Assembly: GCA_002189035.1 (NCBI GenBank)
Contig: CM007990.1
Location: forward strand, 1,984,001-2,048,000
DNA length: 64,000 nucleotides
Reading direction: 5' to 3'
Source of the DNA: Utricularia gibba
Taxonomy: Eukaryota; Plantae; Magnoliophyta
In this document: positions 32,060 through 45,290 of the stretch, piece by piece
How positions within the stretch are numbered: the first letter of the stretch is position 1
Layout: every line of letters begins with the position of its first letter
Made by a program: the position numbers and the translations under genes
Notes under the pieces: generated by a model
Seen by the model: the letters and a program-made list of their open reading frames with translations, nothing else
The model's database searches: none
Told to the model about the DNA's origin: nothing

Positions 32060-35000
32060 TTAAAAATTACATGTTTAGAAATATATATTCTTCTTTCTTT
32101 TGGATCAAGTATTTATATTTCTTGTGTTGTTCATTATAACCAAGACACATGCAGAGAGTTGTCTTAGGGTCAAACTTGATATGCTTATGATCCCATGTGT
32201 CAAGATAACACCTACAACCAAAGGTTCTAAAAAAAGCATAAGTGCATTGTTTTTTGAACAAAAAATAATATGATCTTGCATTTTTAATGGCAATAATAGG
32301 CAATCAGTTTATCAAGAATCTAACAATTTTGAAGTCCTCAATCCAATAGAAAAGAGGAATTGAGATGGAATAAAAGTGTAAGTTCCATCTTACAAATTTT
32401 TCTATGTTTTCTCTTTGCAACATCATTCTATTTTTTTGTGTGAGAACATCATTGGTGGATGGTTCCAAATGCAAGGAGGTGTGTTTTCAAGAGGTTATTA
32501 ACAAACTCTACTCCTCCATCTAATTGAATTATTTTAATAGTAGTGTTGAAATGGTTTTGAATATATCTTTCAAAGTGGATATAAGCTTGTGTAAAGTCAT
32601 ACTTGAGCTTTAAAGGAAGAAGCCATGTGTATCTAGTGTAATCATCTACAAGGCAAGCATAATAACAATACTGCCCAATAAATTATATGGGTGACAGTGT
32701 AATGCATGTCATTTCCACAATAAATTTTAATATTTTTAAAACTCATAAAACACAAAAACGTAGTACAGGTGCCAAACGTAGGGATTTTTTTTTCAATGAA
32801 AGGTGATGTTACACTGAATACAACTGTCACGATTTGTAAACGGTTTGTAGCGTAAAGGTGCAAGAAACGTAAATGATGAAATTTGAATAAGGGAATAAGA
32901 GGGGTTTTGAACAGACAACTGAAATGAACGTAAGCGATAAACCTTAAATAAAGTGAATGTTCCTGGGTATGGAATACTGTCTAGCTATGTTCGTTGCGTC
33001 TTCACTCTTCTCTGGTCTTCTCGAGTACTCGATTATAGGAGTAAGGAATTGACTACCATCCCTTACACTCTCTTGCAAGAAGGCACGGGAATAGCTCAAT
33101 GTTGCTCCTCCTTGGACGAACGTGAGAATAAGAGATTCTACCAGCGTACCCTCATGGCCGAATTGCGCGCGTGTGCCCGAGTGTTGTCAATGACCCAATG
33201 AGTCCAGGTATGAGGTCATTACCTTTCCATTGATCTTGAGGTATGGCCACAGAAACGTAGTCTTCCTTCTGCCAAAAGAGCATGAGTTGGTGCTTTCCAA
33301 TTTGCTCTTTTCCAAAACCCACGGGTAGTGATCAACTAACCATAAATCTTGAATAATGGGATTGTTACATAAAGACTGCAACATAGTCATGCGAAGACAT
33401 ACGAAACCCATTCAGATTTAAAGAAGAGATGAAGATAAGCTAACAAAACATAGATCTGGGGGTGTTCCAACCTAGAAATGGAGGTTTCTAGCTGCAAACG
33501 GTCATACAACCTAAAGGAAACGAAAACAAGGTTCTAGAGAGAAGCTAGAGAAAAATCCTCTAGAGAGAGAAACAAAAGTCTAAACTAAACTAACCACTGC
33601 ATGTTCAATGTCTGAACAGAACAGAACTGAACTTCAATGAGAGTTTGAGTTTTCGTGTCCCTGTGATCCTATTGAACTTGGGATGACTTGCAAGCAAACG
33701 TCTGCTTTAACACTGGTACGCTAATAATATCGCCTATCAGAGACTCCCGTGTTCCGTACGTCAAGGCTCATGATTAGGCGTCTGTAGTCTTTCGGAAATC
33801 AAGGGAATGTTGCCATCTGATGCCCTCTTTCTCTCACTTCCTACCACGTGTGCGACTCTAGAAAAACTCAATTAAAACTAGTAAAATTATTAGATAAAAT
33901 ACAAGATTTAGGATAATTACCTTAAACTAGATAAAAACCTAAATCTCATATTATAGACTCCTAATTAGATATTTCTAATCACAATTAATCATAAAAACAA
34001 CCTAAGAAATAGTAAGAAAATGACACTTAGCACGGTCCCAAAGGTCACCATGTAATTTTTCAAAAGAAGTTATAGTGGAGGTACAAGAATGCATAAATGG
34101 AAGTTTTTGAAGCTTTCCGAGTTGACAGCTTTCACATAAAAATGTGGTCGATGATAAGACTTTTGATTTAACAAGAATAGATGTATTGTGTCATAACAAA
34201 GAAATAGCTTTGGAATGTGGGTGATCGAGATGACAATACCAGGTTTCTGAATTGACTACATCTTGGCAGTTTGAAAACAAGGCTTGATGGACATGATTTT
34301 GGGAGACATGTGGATTGAGGATGTATAAATCATCGACTTTGTTCCTCTCAATTAATGTCAAACTGCTTCCCAAATCCTTTACATATAAACTATGTTTAGT
34401 AAATTCATAACATAGAGAGGAATGCATATCCATCATTTTACTACCTAATAGTAATTTCTTCTGCATGTTAGGGACATATAAAACATTATCAAGAGTCAAT
34501 TTGGAGGTTGTAAGGGTTGGAGGCTTGGATTCACCGACAATCATAGGTAAAGTTGCTCCATTTCCCACTATTACTTGATCCTAGCCATTATGATGTATAA
34601 TATTGCTAAGCAAACCTGGATTTGTGGCTGTGTTATGTAGCTCCGGTGTCAATACTCTAATTTGTGTCATAGTATTGCTAGTGCTTGAGGGAGTTCCTGC
34701 ATTCAACTTATTGGTGGTTGAACTTGCTGTTGAAATTTCTTGAGATGCCAACAGATTTTTGCTATATGTTCTTGAACTCTACAGATTTGGCATGTTTTAT
34801 TCTTATATAGGTCTCTTTCTATCAGAGTCATTTTTCTATGACTAGATGTTGAAATAGGTCTTTGCTGACTCGATTGTGAATAATGACTAGGTTGTTGAGG
34901 CATTTGTGATGGTATTAGCAGTCATCCGAGTAGGGAGTTTGGGTTATGTTGCCATTATTGATGTGGCTGGAAATTTCTTCCAATAGAGTTGAAATCCCCA

Positions 35001-35760
35001 TTGTGACATTTTCATGACTTTTGATGTTGAACAAGATATCCCAACTGATAAATAGGATCTGACCCATAGAAGTTCTATCTACTTTCAAGGCTTTGTATTT
35101 AAGACAATAGTTTATCATTGGTTGGTCTCAATGGTTTGAGCATAATCATTGCGAAGTCAGCATATATTCTTCCAATGCTCTTTAGCAGGTGAAAAACCTT
35201 CAGTTTTTCATCGAGAGGATAACTTATAACATCAAGGTTTTCACAGATTTCATTAAACTAGGTGACATGGTTAGTGAGACTAGCGGTTTCATCCTTCTTT
35301 AGAACATGCTAATTGTTGGTGTATGGTATACTTTCCTCTTATTCATGTATGAAGTTCTGTATAAGAGCATACTATACTTCCATTGTAGTTCATTTCTTAA
35401 CAACCATGGATGCTATCTCTTTTGTCATGGTTCCTAGAAGCTATTTCTTTTATTAACCAGTTTGTTTTGGCTCATTTGGTGTGTCACAATCTCCACATCC
35501 TTTGATACCAATGATGATGTATCTTATTCTGGTGGTGGTGGGTGATTGTGTGAGATGATCAGACAAGTCTTGGCTTTCAAGAAGCACTTTGAATTGTTCT
35601 TTCCATAATGAAAAGTTATCCTTCTTCAACTTGGTGTTGATGCAGCTAGACAAGGAGTATAATGATGCCATTTGTGATTTTTGCTGTAGGTGTGGTGAAC
35701 GAGTACAAAAGAGAGATTTCAAAATATTCTAATGCATACCATAAGAGAAGATATGCTTGG
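32060..35760 (-). mobile_element. Ty1/Copia gag-protease-integrase remnant interrupted by a solo LTR
   Basis: gag KLKKDNFSLWKEQF..LLESQDL; pre-integrase WYCHLDHP; CESCQLGK...LHGDLW | LTR | YACLVDDYTRYTWLLPLK; FGCRCY...KFDPKT..CLGY. Confidence 0.85.
32698..34032. mobile_element. Solo LTR-like insertion (1335 bp, TG...CA) nested in the Copia integrase
   Basis: TGT start and AGCA end. Integrase coding sequence resumes on both sides. Homologous to 9745-10718. TSD not recognisable. Confidence 0.75.
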
Positions 35761-38588
35761 TGGAGCATGAGAGGAAAACAGAAAGATTGAGTTTATTTGC
35801 AAGTAGATGATAAAGAATGTGAGGATTGCTTTGAAGAATGAAAGAAGCTCAGATACCAAGATAGAATCTGTTCTATTGTGCATTCTATGTGAATTCTATT
35901 ACATTGAAGATGTTTTATACAAGTGAAGAGAGCGCAATGGTCATATGACCATTGTTGAATTAGATCTTCAATCTTCAATGTTGGATTGTTGGCTTGTCAT
36001 CATTAAATTTTTTAGGCTTTAATTTAACAGTCAAGTATTTGACAAGTTCAAGATCATGAAAAACAATTGATTGTTGATGTAATGAAATGTGTTTGTGGAT
36101 GTATAAGATGGGAATTAAATGGGTATGGGTTGAAAGAATAGATCAACTTGTGATCATTTCTATAACATTGACTCATAAAGTTTCCTATGTAAGATATATA
36201 ATTGCAGTAAATTGAAAAAAATAATGGCCAATTGTAAATGATGAGTCTTTGGTGCCATATCGCATTAAAACAATAACGGGTAGACCTAATAAAATGTGTA
36301 GATGAGGTGAAAATGAACCTCCACTACCATGAAAACTAAAATATGAAAGAAAAATAATGATTAGGATTATACAATATAAGGAAATAGTACATAATTCGAT
36401 AACATGTCAAAAATAGACAAGATTTTCATGAAATTACAATTATACCTATTACAAATGTACCACTTTCAAGTTCAAGATAAATTAATTAACTTTTTTCACA
36501 TATAAATTCTTTTGTATATCTTTGTTTGTACCACAATTTATCTATATGAAAAATACATGACATAAATTCACAAATCAAAAAATAAGTATGATTGGTCTTG
36601 CTGTTTTCCATTCCAAAAAGTCATATTCCATAGAATTTAAAAGAAAGGATATTACCAAATGATCCTTGTGTGAGATTCTTGAAGCTTGTTGACCGATTCC
36701 AGCCATGGTCTACTAGCGGAAAGATTCCACTTCCTTTGGTCTGTTTTAGTATTCTAATGGATATGCTTGTCCAACAGATTTGCGTTTAAAATTTTTTTGA
36801 GTTCAAAATTCTATTTTTTTAGGAAATTAAAAATTTCCAAAATGAGAAAGTTGCAATGCAGTATAAGCACAGATGAAATGGATTGATTCACGTGGTTAGT
36901 AATCCAAAAGAGGATAACATGAAATGGTCCTTCAATAACAAAAAGATTCAATACTATGTTATTTATATTGTGATACTCGAGTTGGATTCAAATCTACTTA
37001 ATTAAAAAATATAATTTATTATGATCAAATTTGTAAATTTGTATTTGGTCGATTGAAAATTGGATTTAACCAATCAAAATTGGGTTGTTAACCAAACCCA
37101 TCCAAAACAGTCCATTTTTGAATTTTGGTTTGAAAACATAGTCAAAGACAAGTTGATTTTTTTTTTCATTTTTATTTTCCAAATTTTTTGTTTATATAAA
37201 AGAATACGATGACATGGAAATTGAAAATATCCAAAATGAGAAAGTTGTGTACAATGCAGTATAGGCACATATGAAATGGATTGATTCACCTGGTTGGGGT
37301 CTCTCAATTGTCTTATGAACATATGTGAATAGAATTAACGTCTTTTTGGAACAAATGTTTCTTTTATAAAAACATTTTAAAAATAATTTTATTGTAAAAA
37401 TTAAACAATTTATATTTTTTAATTAAAAATTTAAAAACACTTATTTTTAAAAAGTATAGACTTCTAACTTCTGTTTCATTGTAGGCATTTTTTATTTTTT
37501 ATTTTTATTTTTTAAAAGAATCAAATTATGCTTTTAGTTTGAATAGAAATAAAAGATTTGGTAAACTCAGGTATTTAAAAATTAGTTAAATATCATGTGT
37601 TTGGCAAAGAAGCTTACCATTTAGTTATATAAAAAAATTATTAAAATGATAAAAAAATCAGGGGGAATTTTTATAATATGAGGGATAACTGTATATTTTA
37701 TATGAAATCCATTTAAAAGAGGTGCTTGTGTTTCACTACAACTTGTGCATTAAATAATAATTAATCTATGACATGGAATATTATTTCTTCCCAACTCCAT
37801 AAATTAAATATGTTGTTTATGATAAAGTGCATTTTCATTCCGCCAACTATGTCATTAAAGGAATGTTTGATAGTTAGTGGATTTATTAAAATAGAATTAA
37901 ACTAAAATCAAATATTGTCTTTAATTTTTAAAATGTATTTAGCGAATGATTTGAGTATGGTATTTATAAAATTGTGTTAATTAATGTTACACTCATTTTA
38001 GATGGATGAAACATATTACAAGAGCTACCTTGATACCAGGAACACTAAGTTTCATGTTCCAGTATGTGATGACAAGAAAACGAGAATAAAATTAAAATGT
38101 AAGTAAGATAATTTAAAAGGAATTCAAGTTAATTAAATACTTAATTTATCGGTATTATTATCAAAAATAAAAATATGACACACCCCTTTAAATAAAAAAA
38201 ACCTCATCCTTACCTTTATTTTTAAAACGAATTTTTGACACGGAAAAAAACCGCAAAACAGCGACCAGTGAGCTTCCGCAGATCCTGTGGAGAAACAAGG
38301 GGCAGCATTCGTTGCTTGTAGACATTCCCTGCAATGAAAACTAAGATGGTGACGGCGCACACAGATCAAGACCACATTTTCAAGACATGATCCCGTCGCT
38401 TGTGGTTGTGGTTCCTAGAAAATGAATGAACGGATGAGATGCATTGCATGTTTGTTGAGGTGTCCCGTGCAGAAGCAGCCACATAAAATAAGGGATCCTC
38501 ACATTGTGGTTCCTAGGAAGTAAGAAAAATGGGAGAGAATTTGTTTTCAGTTCAAAAGGGGGGATTAGAATGCTTCAAGTGGGTGTTA

Positions 38589-39454
38589 TCAAAACGCTGG
38601 CCTGGTAGAAGGGCCACTGCCCCACCCGAACAAGTCGCCGGAAAAGGGGAAACCCGCATTCGCCGTAGCCCCGCCGCCGGCAGTGACGCTGGATGACTGG
38701 GAAGCCCCTGGCGTCTCGGCGTTCGTTTCCTCTTCCTCCGTCAACGGCAGACGTTGAAACACCGCATTCGCGAACGACGCTGCGATTAGAACCACGGGAC
38801 CCGACGCCATTAGCGGCCCCATCACGCTCCCTCCGATGACCTGTCCTTGACTCCCAGCGAGGAATATCGACAACCCACCGTAGCTCGGGGGCGCCGGCGG
38901 AGGCAGCAATGTACCCGACAACGACAAGATCTCCAAACGCCCCTGCAACGTGACCACACTCTCCGAAGGCGTCGCCGTTTGCCGGAGAGACACATTCGTC
39001 ACGGTGCCGCTGCCGCTGAGGATACAAACCCCCCTCCCCCTTTGCCGCGCGTAAATCGAAACACTCTCGACGACGTCGTTTCCAGCAGCCACTTCAATCA
39101 CGTGCGACCGGAGCGAGTTAGGGCTGTCACGTGTCACAACTATCGGAGGCTTTGGTTTGTTCTTTGACCCCGGTGGGCGCCCCCTGGGCCTCCGTCCAGT
39201 CCCCGCCGATTCGGACTCCTTCTCCGGCTTACGCACCGCCGGTGAACCTGATACCCATCCATACATATACACATGCCCGTGAATTTTCATAGTAAATTAA
39301 GCATCAATTACACAGAATTTTAAAAGAAAAAAATGCCGTTACCAGGGTTTAGTGATGAAGAGACTCGGGCCTGCAGCTGCAGCTCCGGCGGAATATGGTC
39401 ATGGGAATAGCGTGAAGAGTTGGAAGAACCGCCGTGCTGTTCAAAACCCGCCAT
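38589..39454 (-). CDS. AT-hook motif nuclear-localized protein (clade-A type, one AT-hook plus PPC/DUF296; AHL25/27/29-like), 256 aa. Exons 39454-39343, 39247-38589
   Basis: [17 protein letters not shown]; LRSHVIEV; [16 protein letters not shown]; GQVIGGSV. An upstream MAGFEQHGG exon joins in frame through a 95-bp GT-AG intron. Confidence 0.9.
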
Positions 39455-40527
39455 TTTTTTAGTCCTCTTAATCCCTTTAGCCGTTCACCGGAAACCTCGC
39501 AGATGGTGAATACTAAAGATTGCAATCACTCTACCTCCAAAAGAAGCAAAACCAAATTGTGAGTTGAGTTCTGAAAAGAAAACGAAAGCCGACAAAGATG
39601 GAGATTGAAGCAAGTTGCGCGTACAAAAGAAAAGAGCCACATAGATCTTTCAGATCTGGACAGCCTTCTCGGTAATAATCTAAACAAAACCTTCAACGCA
39701 AACCAGAACTAACCTAAACTGGAGGAGAAACAGAACCCAGATCGGGGAATATGGAGCCGATAGTATTATCCATTGCGGCGATAGAAATGAAAAAACAAAA
39801 AAAAAACAAAAAAGAAGGCAGAAACAAAGCATCCAAAGTAGATTTGGCATATTTTAATGGAATATAGAGAAAGGAGCAGGCTAGGTGTGAATGGCAATTG
39901 CGTTGTATCCTGTCCATAGAATAAACTACAGAAGGCGACAAACGTGGGCACGTGGCGGGCGATGGGGGTGGGGGTTGGGGGTGCAGCTGGAGAGATGGGT
40001 TGGATAACAATGGCGGTGGCATGGGACGTAGCAGCACAATGGCAACATCATCTCCGTCAACTAAAAGGAAAAACAAAAAACAAAAAAGCAGCAGCCATAA
40101 AACCACGTGCCTCTCAAAACTCCTGTACCTCCCTCCTACTTTTGTTACAGTTGTAAAAAAGCCTTCACCGCTGCAAACAACAATAATGTACTGAAGCAGG
40201 GAACCTTTAAGCCCTAGAGAATATAGAGAGAGTCAAGCGGTTTTCTGCCATGAACTTGATCAAATCAAAATTACTTGCAGCTTCATTTTGACGTGTGTGC
40301 GTTTGTAGAGCAATTTAATGTACTGGATCGATGCAGCATCATTTTTATGTGTGCAAGTATACAACATTGGGAGAGCAACTTGACCTTGAACTAGTTGTGT
40401 TCAAGTGGAACAATTTGGAGATAGGGAGCTTACCACGGGGTAGCCCTGTTGTGTAGAAGAGCAGGAGGAGTAGGAGGAGGAGGAGGATGGTTCCTGGCTC
40501 GTCTGAGCAATTCTAGCCATAAATTGC

Positions 40528-41607
40528 GGCTAAATTTGCAAAGTAACTGTGTCACAACATTTAGATTTGCAAAATAGCTGATTTTGGTTTCAGATTGGCA
40601 AAATAACTAAGTTTTACAAAAACATTTGCAATATATTAAACATTCTCAATATATTAATTTTATATTACATTTTGAAATACTAATTAATTTTATTTATTAA
40701 TATAGCTGATATTTATTTATTTTACAATAGTAAAAATATAATAAAAATATTAAATCAAATGCAATTTATTTATTTTAAAAATAAAAATACATAAATTGCA
40801 AATAATTAATTCCATCCAATACAATATTTATTTAAGAAAATAAAAACATATACAATGATAATGATAAAATCAGAATAGATTGTTAAAACTGAATAATTTT
40901 CATATCCCAAAAAGATAATATCAATGAAATTATGCAAGAATCGGCACCATATAAATTATCGTATGTACCCTCTTGTTTTTTCTATGCCGCACATTAGATT
41001 TTAGGAAAATGGGGATTATTTTGTTTCATAGAATGTTACAGATTTTTTTTCATAAGAAAGTATGTGATTTTCAAAATCTTTCAGAAATGAAATAGAGTGT
41101 TCGAAATAAATAATAATAATAATAATAAAACCAAGTTAATTAAATTACTCTTTTGAATTTGTTCAAATTGAGACTTAGTTACTATCATTCAAAATGTGAT
41201 TTTAATGTGCTTTATCAAAACATTAATATTATGTTTTTTTGTCAATGATGGTTTTGTTTTTTTTTAAAAAAATAAATATACATAATTGAAAAATTATATG
41301 GGAAAATATTTTTTATTTATTCAACTGGTGTGTGTAAATAATAATGACTTAATTTATTTAATTTTAAATAAAATATTTTTTGAAACAAATATAATTTTGA
41401 AAAATTTAAAGTAGATTTCGAAATGAAATCTAAACAATAGTTATCATTAATTTTATTAAGAAATTTGATATAAAATTATTCTTTATAAATACTCCATTTA
41501 TTTTATAAAAAATATTTGAAAACTCAGTTATTTTGCCAATGGGATCGCAAACTCAGTTACTTTGCCAATACATTTATTATGACATAGTTATTTTACCAAA
41601 TTTCTCC
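40528..41607. mobile_element. Non-autonomous MULE-type element (1080 bp)
   Basis: ~100-bp imperfect TIRs (GGctAAATTTG / CAAATTTctCC, with repeated ggcaaa.taact units). 9-bp TSD ATAAATTGC / ATAAATTGT. AT-rich non-coding interior. Confidence 0.85.
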
Positions 41608-43388
41608 ATAAATTGTCCTTGCTACACTGTTGGTTAACCCACCCATCCGTCCATGTGTGTTGAATGTGCAGAAATAGTTTGAAAAGCATGCTGTCATCTG
41701 CCATCGCCATATCGTACCATGCCTTCGAAGTCGCTTGGGTTTTTGGGCTGGCTGCTTTAGAAAAAGCTTCCACTAAAAAACACACCAAATTTCCTTCCCT
41801 CACTTGGCAAAAGTTGACCTCCACCGAGCATTATTGAGCCACACAATTATTTGCAAGCGCACCTCTCTACTCCATGCTCCTAAGCCCTTGGTTCTCACCT
41901 AGATTTTAGTAGAAATGGTTGAACGCGCCGAACAGTCTCCGAGAAAATAAAAAAAGAAGCAATTCAAAGAATGTTGTAAAGAACTATCGGGTGGTTGGAA
42001 GCCATTTCAAAGGATGTGGAGTTAATGTATGCGACCTTGCGCACAGTAACTGGCCCCCAGCGCCGAGCAGCATACCTGACAGACTCCCAACCTCAGCATT
42101 TACTACTGATTTAAAAAATAGTTTGTCTGATAAAAAATTGACCAATTCGATATTATTCCATCCATGACTCAATTCACATGCTTTCATAATAATCAAGTTT
42201 TTGCTGTGTTTAAATAGAATTATCGGAGTGTTTAGCATAGTAGGATGAAGATTTCTACTACATAAAGTCTGTGGATAAAAACCCTACAACTGTTGGCCTT
42301 CAATTGCAAATGGAAGGCTGGAAGTAGATGGAGCCAGGCGATTGCTAAAGAGTGGAGTTTTGTCTGTACAAAAGAAGAGCGAATATCTGTTGAAAAATCA
42401 TCTTTTTTGCTTGTAGTGGTTTCCAGTTGTCTTGGGGGTGACCTTTTTTTGTCCCCCTCTCCTTTCTTACAGGAGGAAGGAGTTGGATTCACTAACGTGG
42501 CCAAAGGTAGTGCGACGTCTTAAAAATAGACGCTTGCTGTTTCTGTAAGAATCAATGAAGTTAACTGCAAAAACTAACGTCTGTAACATCCGGGACCGGG
42601 GGGTGTGGCGACGTGGACGAAGGACTGGATGCCACGCATTTCTCCCTCCTATTTAGCTTCTTAGCACATGGGGGATCCCTTGTGATCCTCTTTATTCAAA
42701 GTAGATCCAATGAACCTGCAGGGTAAGAGTTTCTTGTAGTCACGACACAAGTTCGATAATCATGATGTTATGCCTGATAAGATTAAATATCTGATGAATG
42801 AGCTTGATAAGCAAGCCTATGGAGCATATATTTGACATATATTTAGTGTATATATATACTTAGCATATATTTACAATTTTTTAAAATATGGTAATATCCC
42901 GGGATATCAATATTATATCCGAATGATGAGAATTCGTCTTCTTACAAGCGACTCTTCCTTGATTTGAGGATGACGCACACGAGTCTCGAAGAGGCTTTGT
43001 CTCTAAATTTGTAATGATGTATTTGATATTATGATTCTGTTATTGACAGTTTGTCATATCATATTAGTTCATTTAGTTGTATTGAAACTAATTTACCTGA
43101 GGTGTTGAGTGGCCTTGATCATTCATTCGAGTTTTTATTATGTGCTTCAATCACAACTACTTTCTGTGCACTCGTTCTGCTTGTTGAACGTGGCAGGCAA
43201 TAAGTACCTCAACTTGTAATCTTCGTTGCCTCGCAAAAGTGCTTTAAAAAAATATTGAACTTCCTAAATAAATTTTTAATGCCATATGTATATTCATTTT
43301 TTAAACAATCCTATGCCTATGGCATGCCATGTTCCATCGGTCAAACTTTAAAAGAGTGGGAGGGGAGCAGAGATGCCCTACAGCCTGC

Positions 43389-43397
43389 AAACCCTAA
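43389..43397 (+). promoter_or_regulatory. Telo-box motif AAACCCTAA
   Basis: Exact motif; no associated gene identified, so function is uncertain. Confidence 0.3.
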
Positions 43398-45290
43398 TAA
43401 TCCGGGCCTTGTTTATTAACTGATGATTGAAGTAAGATCCGTTTCTTCGGTAACCGTAAGTTCCATAGAATCGGTAGTCCTTTGTAAAAAGCACTTCACT
43501 TTTACTACACTCTTGTAGAGTTTTATAGAATGCTTACCAACTATGTATTGTAAATTGAATACAAAGAAGGAATGATAAAAACTTTAGGCACGTAAAACAC
43601 TGTCCTAAAAAATTTTATGAGATTCGAGAGGTTTTTCGAGAATTATATCTCAATCTTAAAAATCAGTTGAATATGTAGGTGAACCATAAACTTTAATAAA
43701 CCATGTGTGAGCACAAGTACCAGCTCACTCTGACGTAAATCAAAGATATTGAGTTGAACTTCCATATAAATTAATTGAAATGAATTTCAGCTAATAATAT
43801 GGAATTGTCAACTCCCCTTCTCCAATATAATATTCCAATACTATGACATTACATAATACATTTTAGAATGCAGGATTTCCGTGAGCTGAAACCAAACAAA
43901 TGGGAAGAAAAATGATGAACCCATGTACAAGGCAAGTCTGTTTCCTTATTGCGTTATATTGGTTGGTTCCTCCGATAATAGGAATGTATCAGTATGAGGA
44001 TGAGGGGGTGCTCTAAAGGAGTGGAAGGGAGAGGCCTCGGGTGGCCCTGCCCAGCCCTGCCTGGCTAAAATGGAAGGTTCTAGGAGGAAATCAATGAATG
44101 GGGTGCTGGATTTGGTACGCCGTCATGTCAAGCCCATGCCCCTTTTTCAACGTGTTGTTGCAGTGGGCATGTGGAATGTCGCCCCAACTCCCAACTCTTG
44201 GATGTCGTCTTGTTGTTGACCCCTGTTTTACTTGGACAAACGCCATCATTTGTTTCGCTCTCGGTGTTCCGGACAAGGACAAAGTTGTTTATATGGGCGG
44301 GGTGAGAAATGATTGATTCCGTCCGGCAGTTAAAACTTAAAACTCGGAGCCATCTAATCTCACTTCGTTCCAAGGAAGAAGAAGAAGAAGAAAAAAACAG
44401 CTTCCGAGATGATTAGCTTTTCCGCATGCTTCCTTAGCTTTGCAATTGCCATCTCATCCATCACTTCAAATATTCACATGCACTTTTTTTTATTTCCGTC
44501 TCTTGTGTTTATTCACGTCATAAAAGTATATCTATCAAGATAATCAAATGCTAACTCACATCCTGTCATCAGCTAGCAGATTTTACTCAATGTGAGAGAA
44601 TATCATATGTAAATTCCGACTATGTGAGACTCATATTCTCAAAATTAGTGTATCACATCATGAAATTTGACCAAGATTATTACTATTTACATTTTTTTTT
44701 AATTTCATTGTCTTTTAATGCGAATGTAGATGGAGAACCAACACGGCTTCCCGCCACCATCGTACTATGAGCACGAGCTATGGCACATGATGCCTCCCTC
44801 GTAATGCTGACTCATGCGTGAGGGGAATGGAATACACAAGCCACTGGTTTCAGAGCACTAATCATCACGTTCCACTGCTTTGCGATACCTTATTATCCTT
44901 CAATAAACGTTCAAGAGCAAGGGGTGGATATCCTGGTTGTTTCTTGTGCTAAGCTCTGTGGAAAATGATATGCAAAATGAAAAAGATTCCGTGACCTGCA
45001 TTGTTTCGAGGTTCCCCACAATTACACATCTAGTTTGCATTATCTAAGCTTAAACCCTTAAGTCAATGACAACAGGCGATGCTTACAAGTTACAACACTA
45101 CATTTACCTCGACTAGGATAATGGATTTCCATAAAACAAAGTCACTGTTTTCAAGATAGTTTATGCACAGTTTAATGAAATACGCATGCTCTGGATGCTC
45201 ACTTGAAAGCATTTAAATAGACAACAGTTTCGAACCAAACTCTCGTGCCATTGAAGGAACGAAGACTCTTCCATTCACATCAATTTACAA

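Noticed and set aside
40414-40434. miR159/319-like string tttggagatagggagctta
   Set aside because: Only about 14 of 21 positions match, with a gap, and no complementary star arm was seen.
41520-41560. Spaced 21-bp direct repeats resembling a CRISPR array
   Set aside because: Only two units, part of MULE TIR substructure, in a eukaryotic context.
42740-43100. Possible C/D-box snoRNA motifs (ATGATGA ... CTGA)
   Set aside because: No properly spaced C/D pair with a terminal stem or a recognisable rRNA guide.
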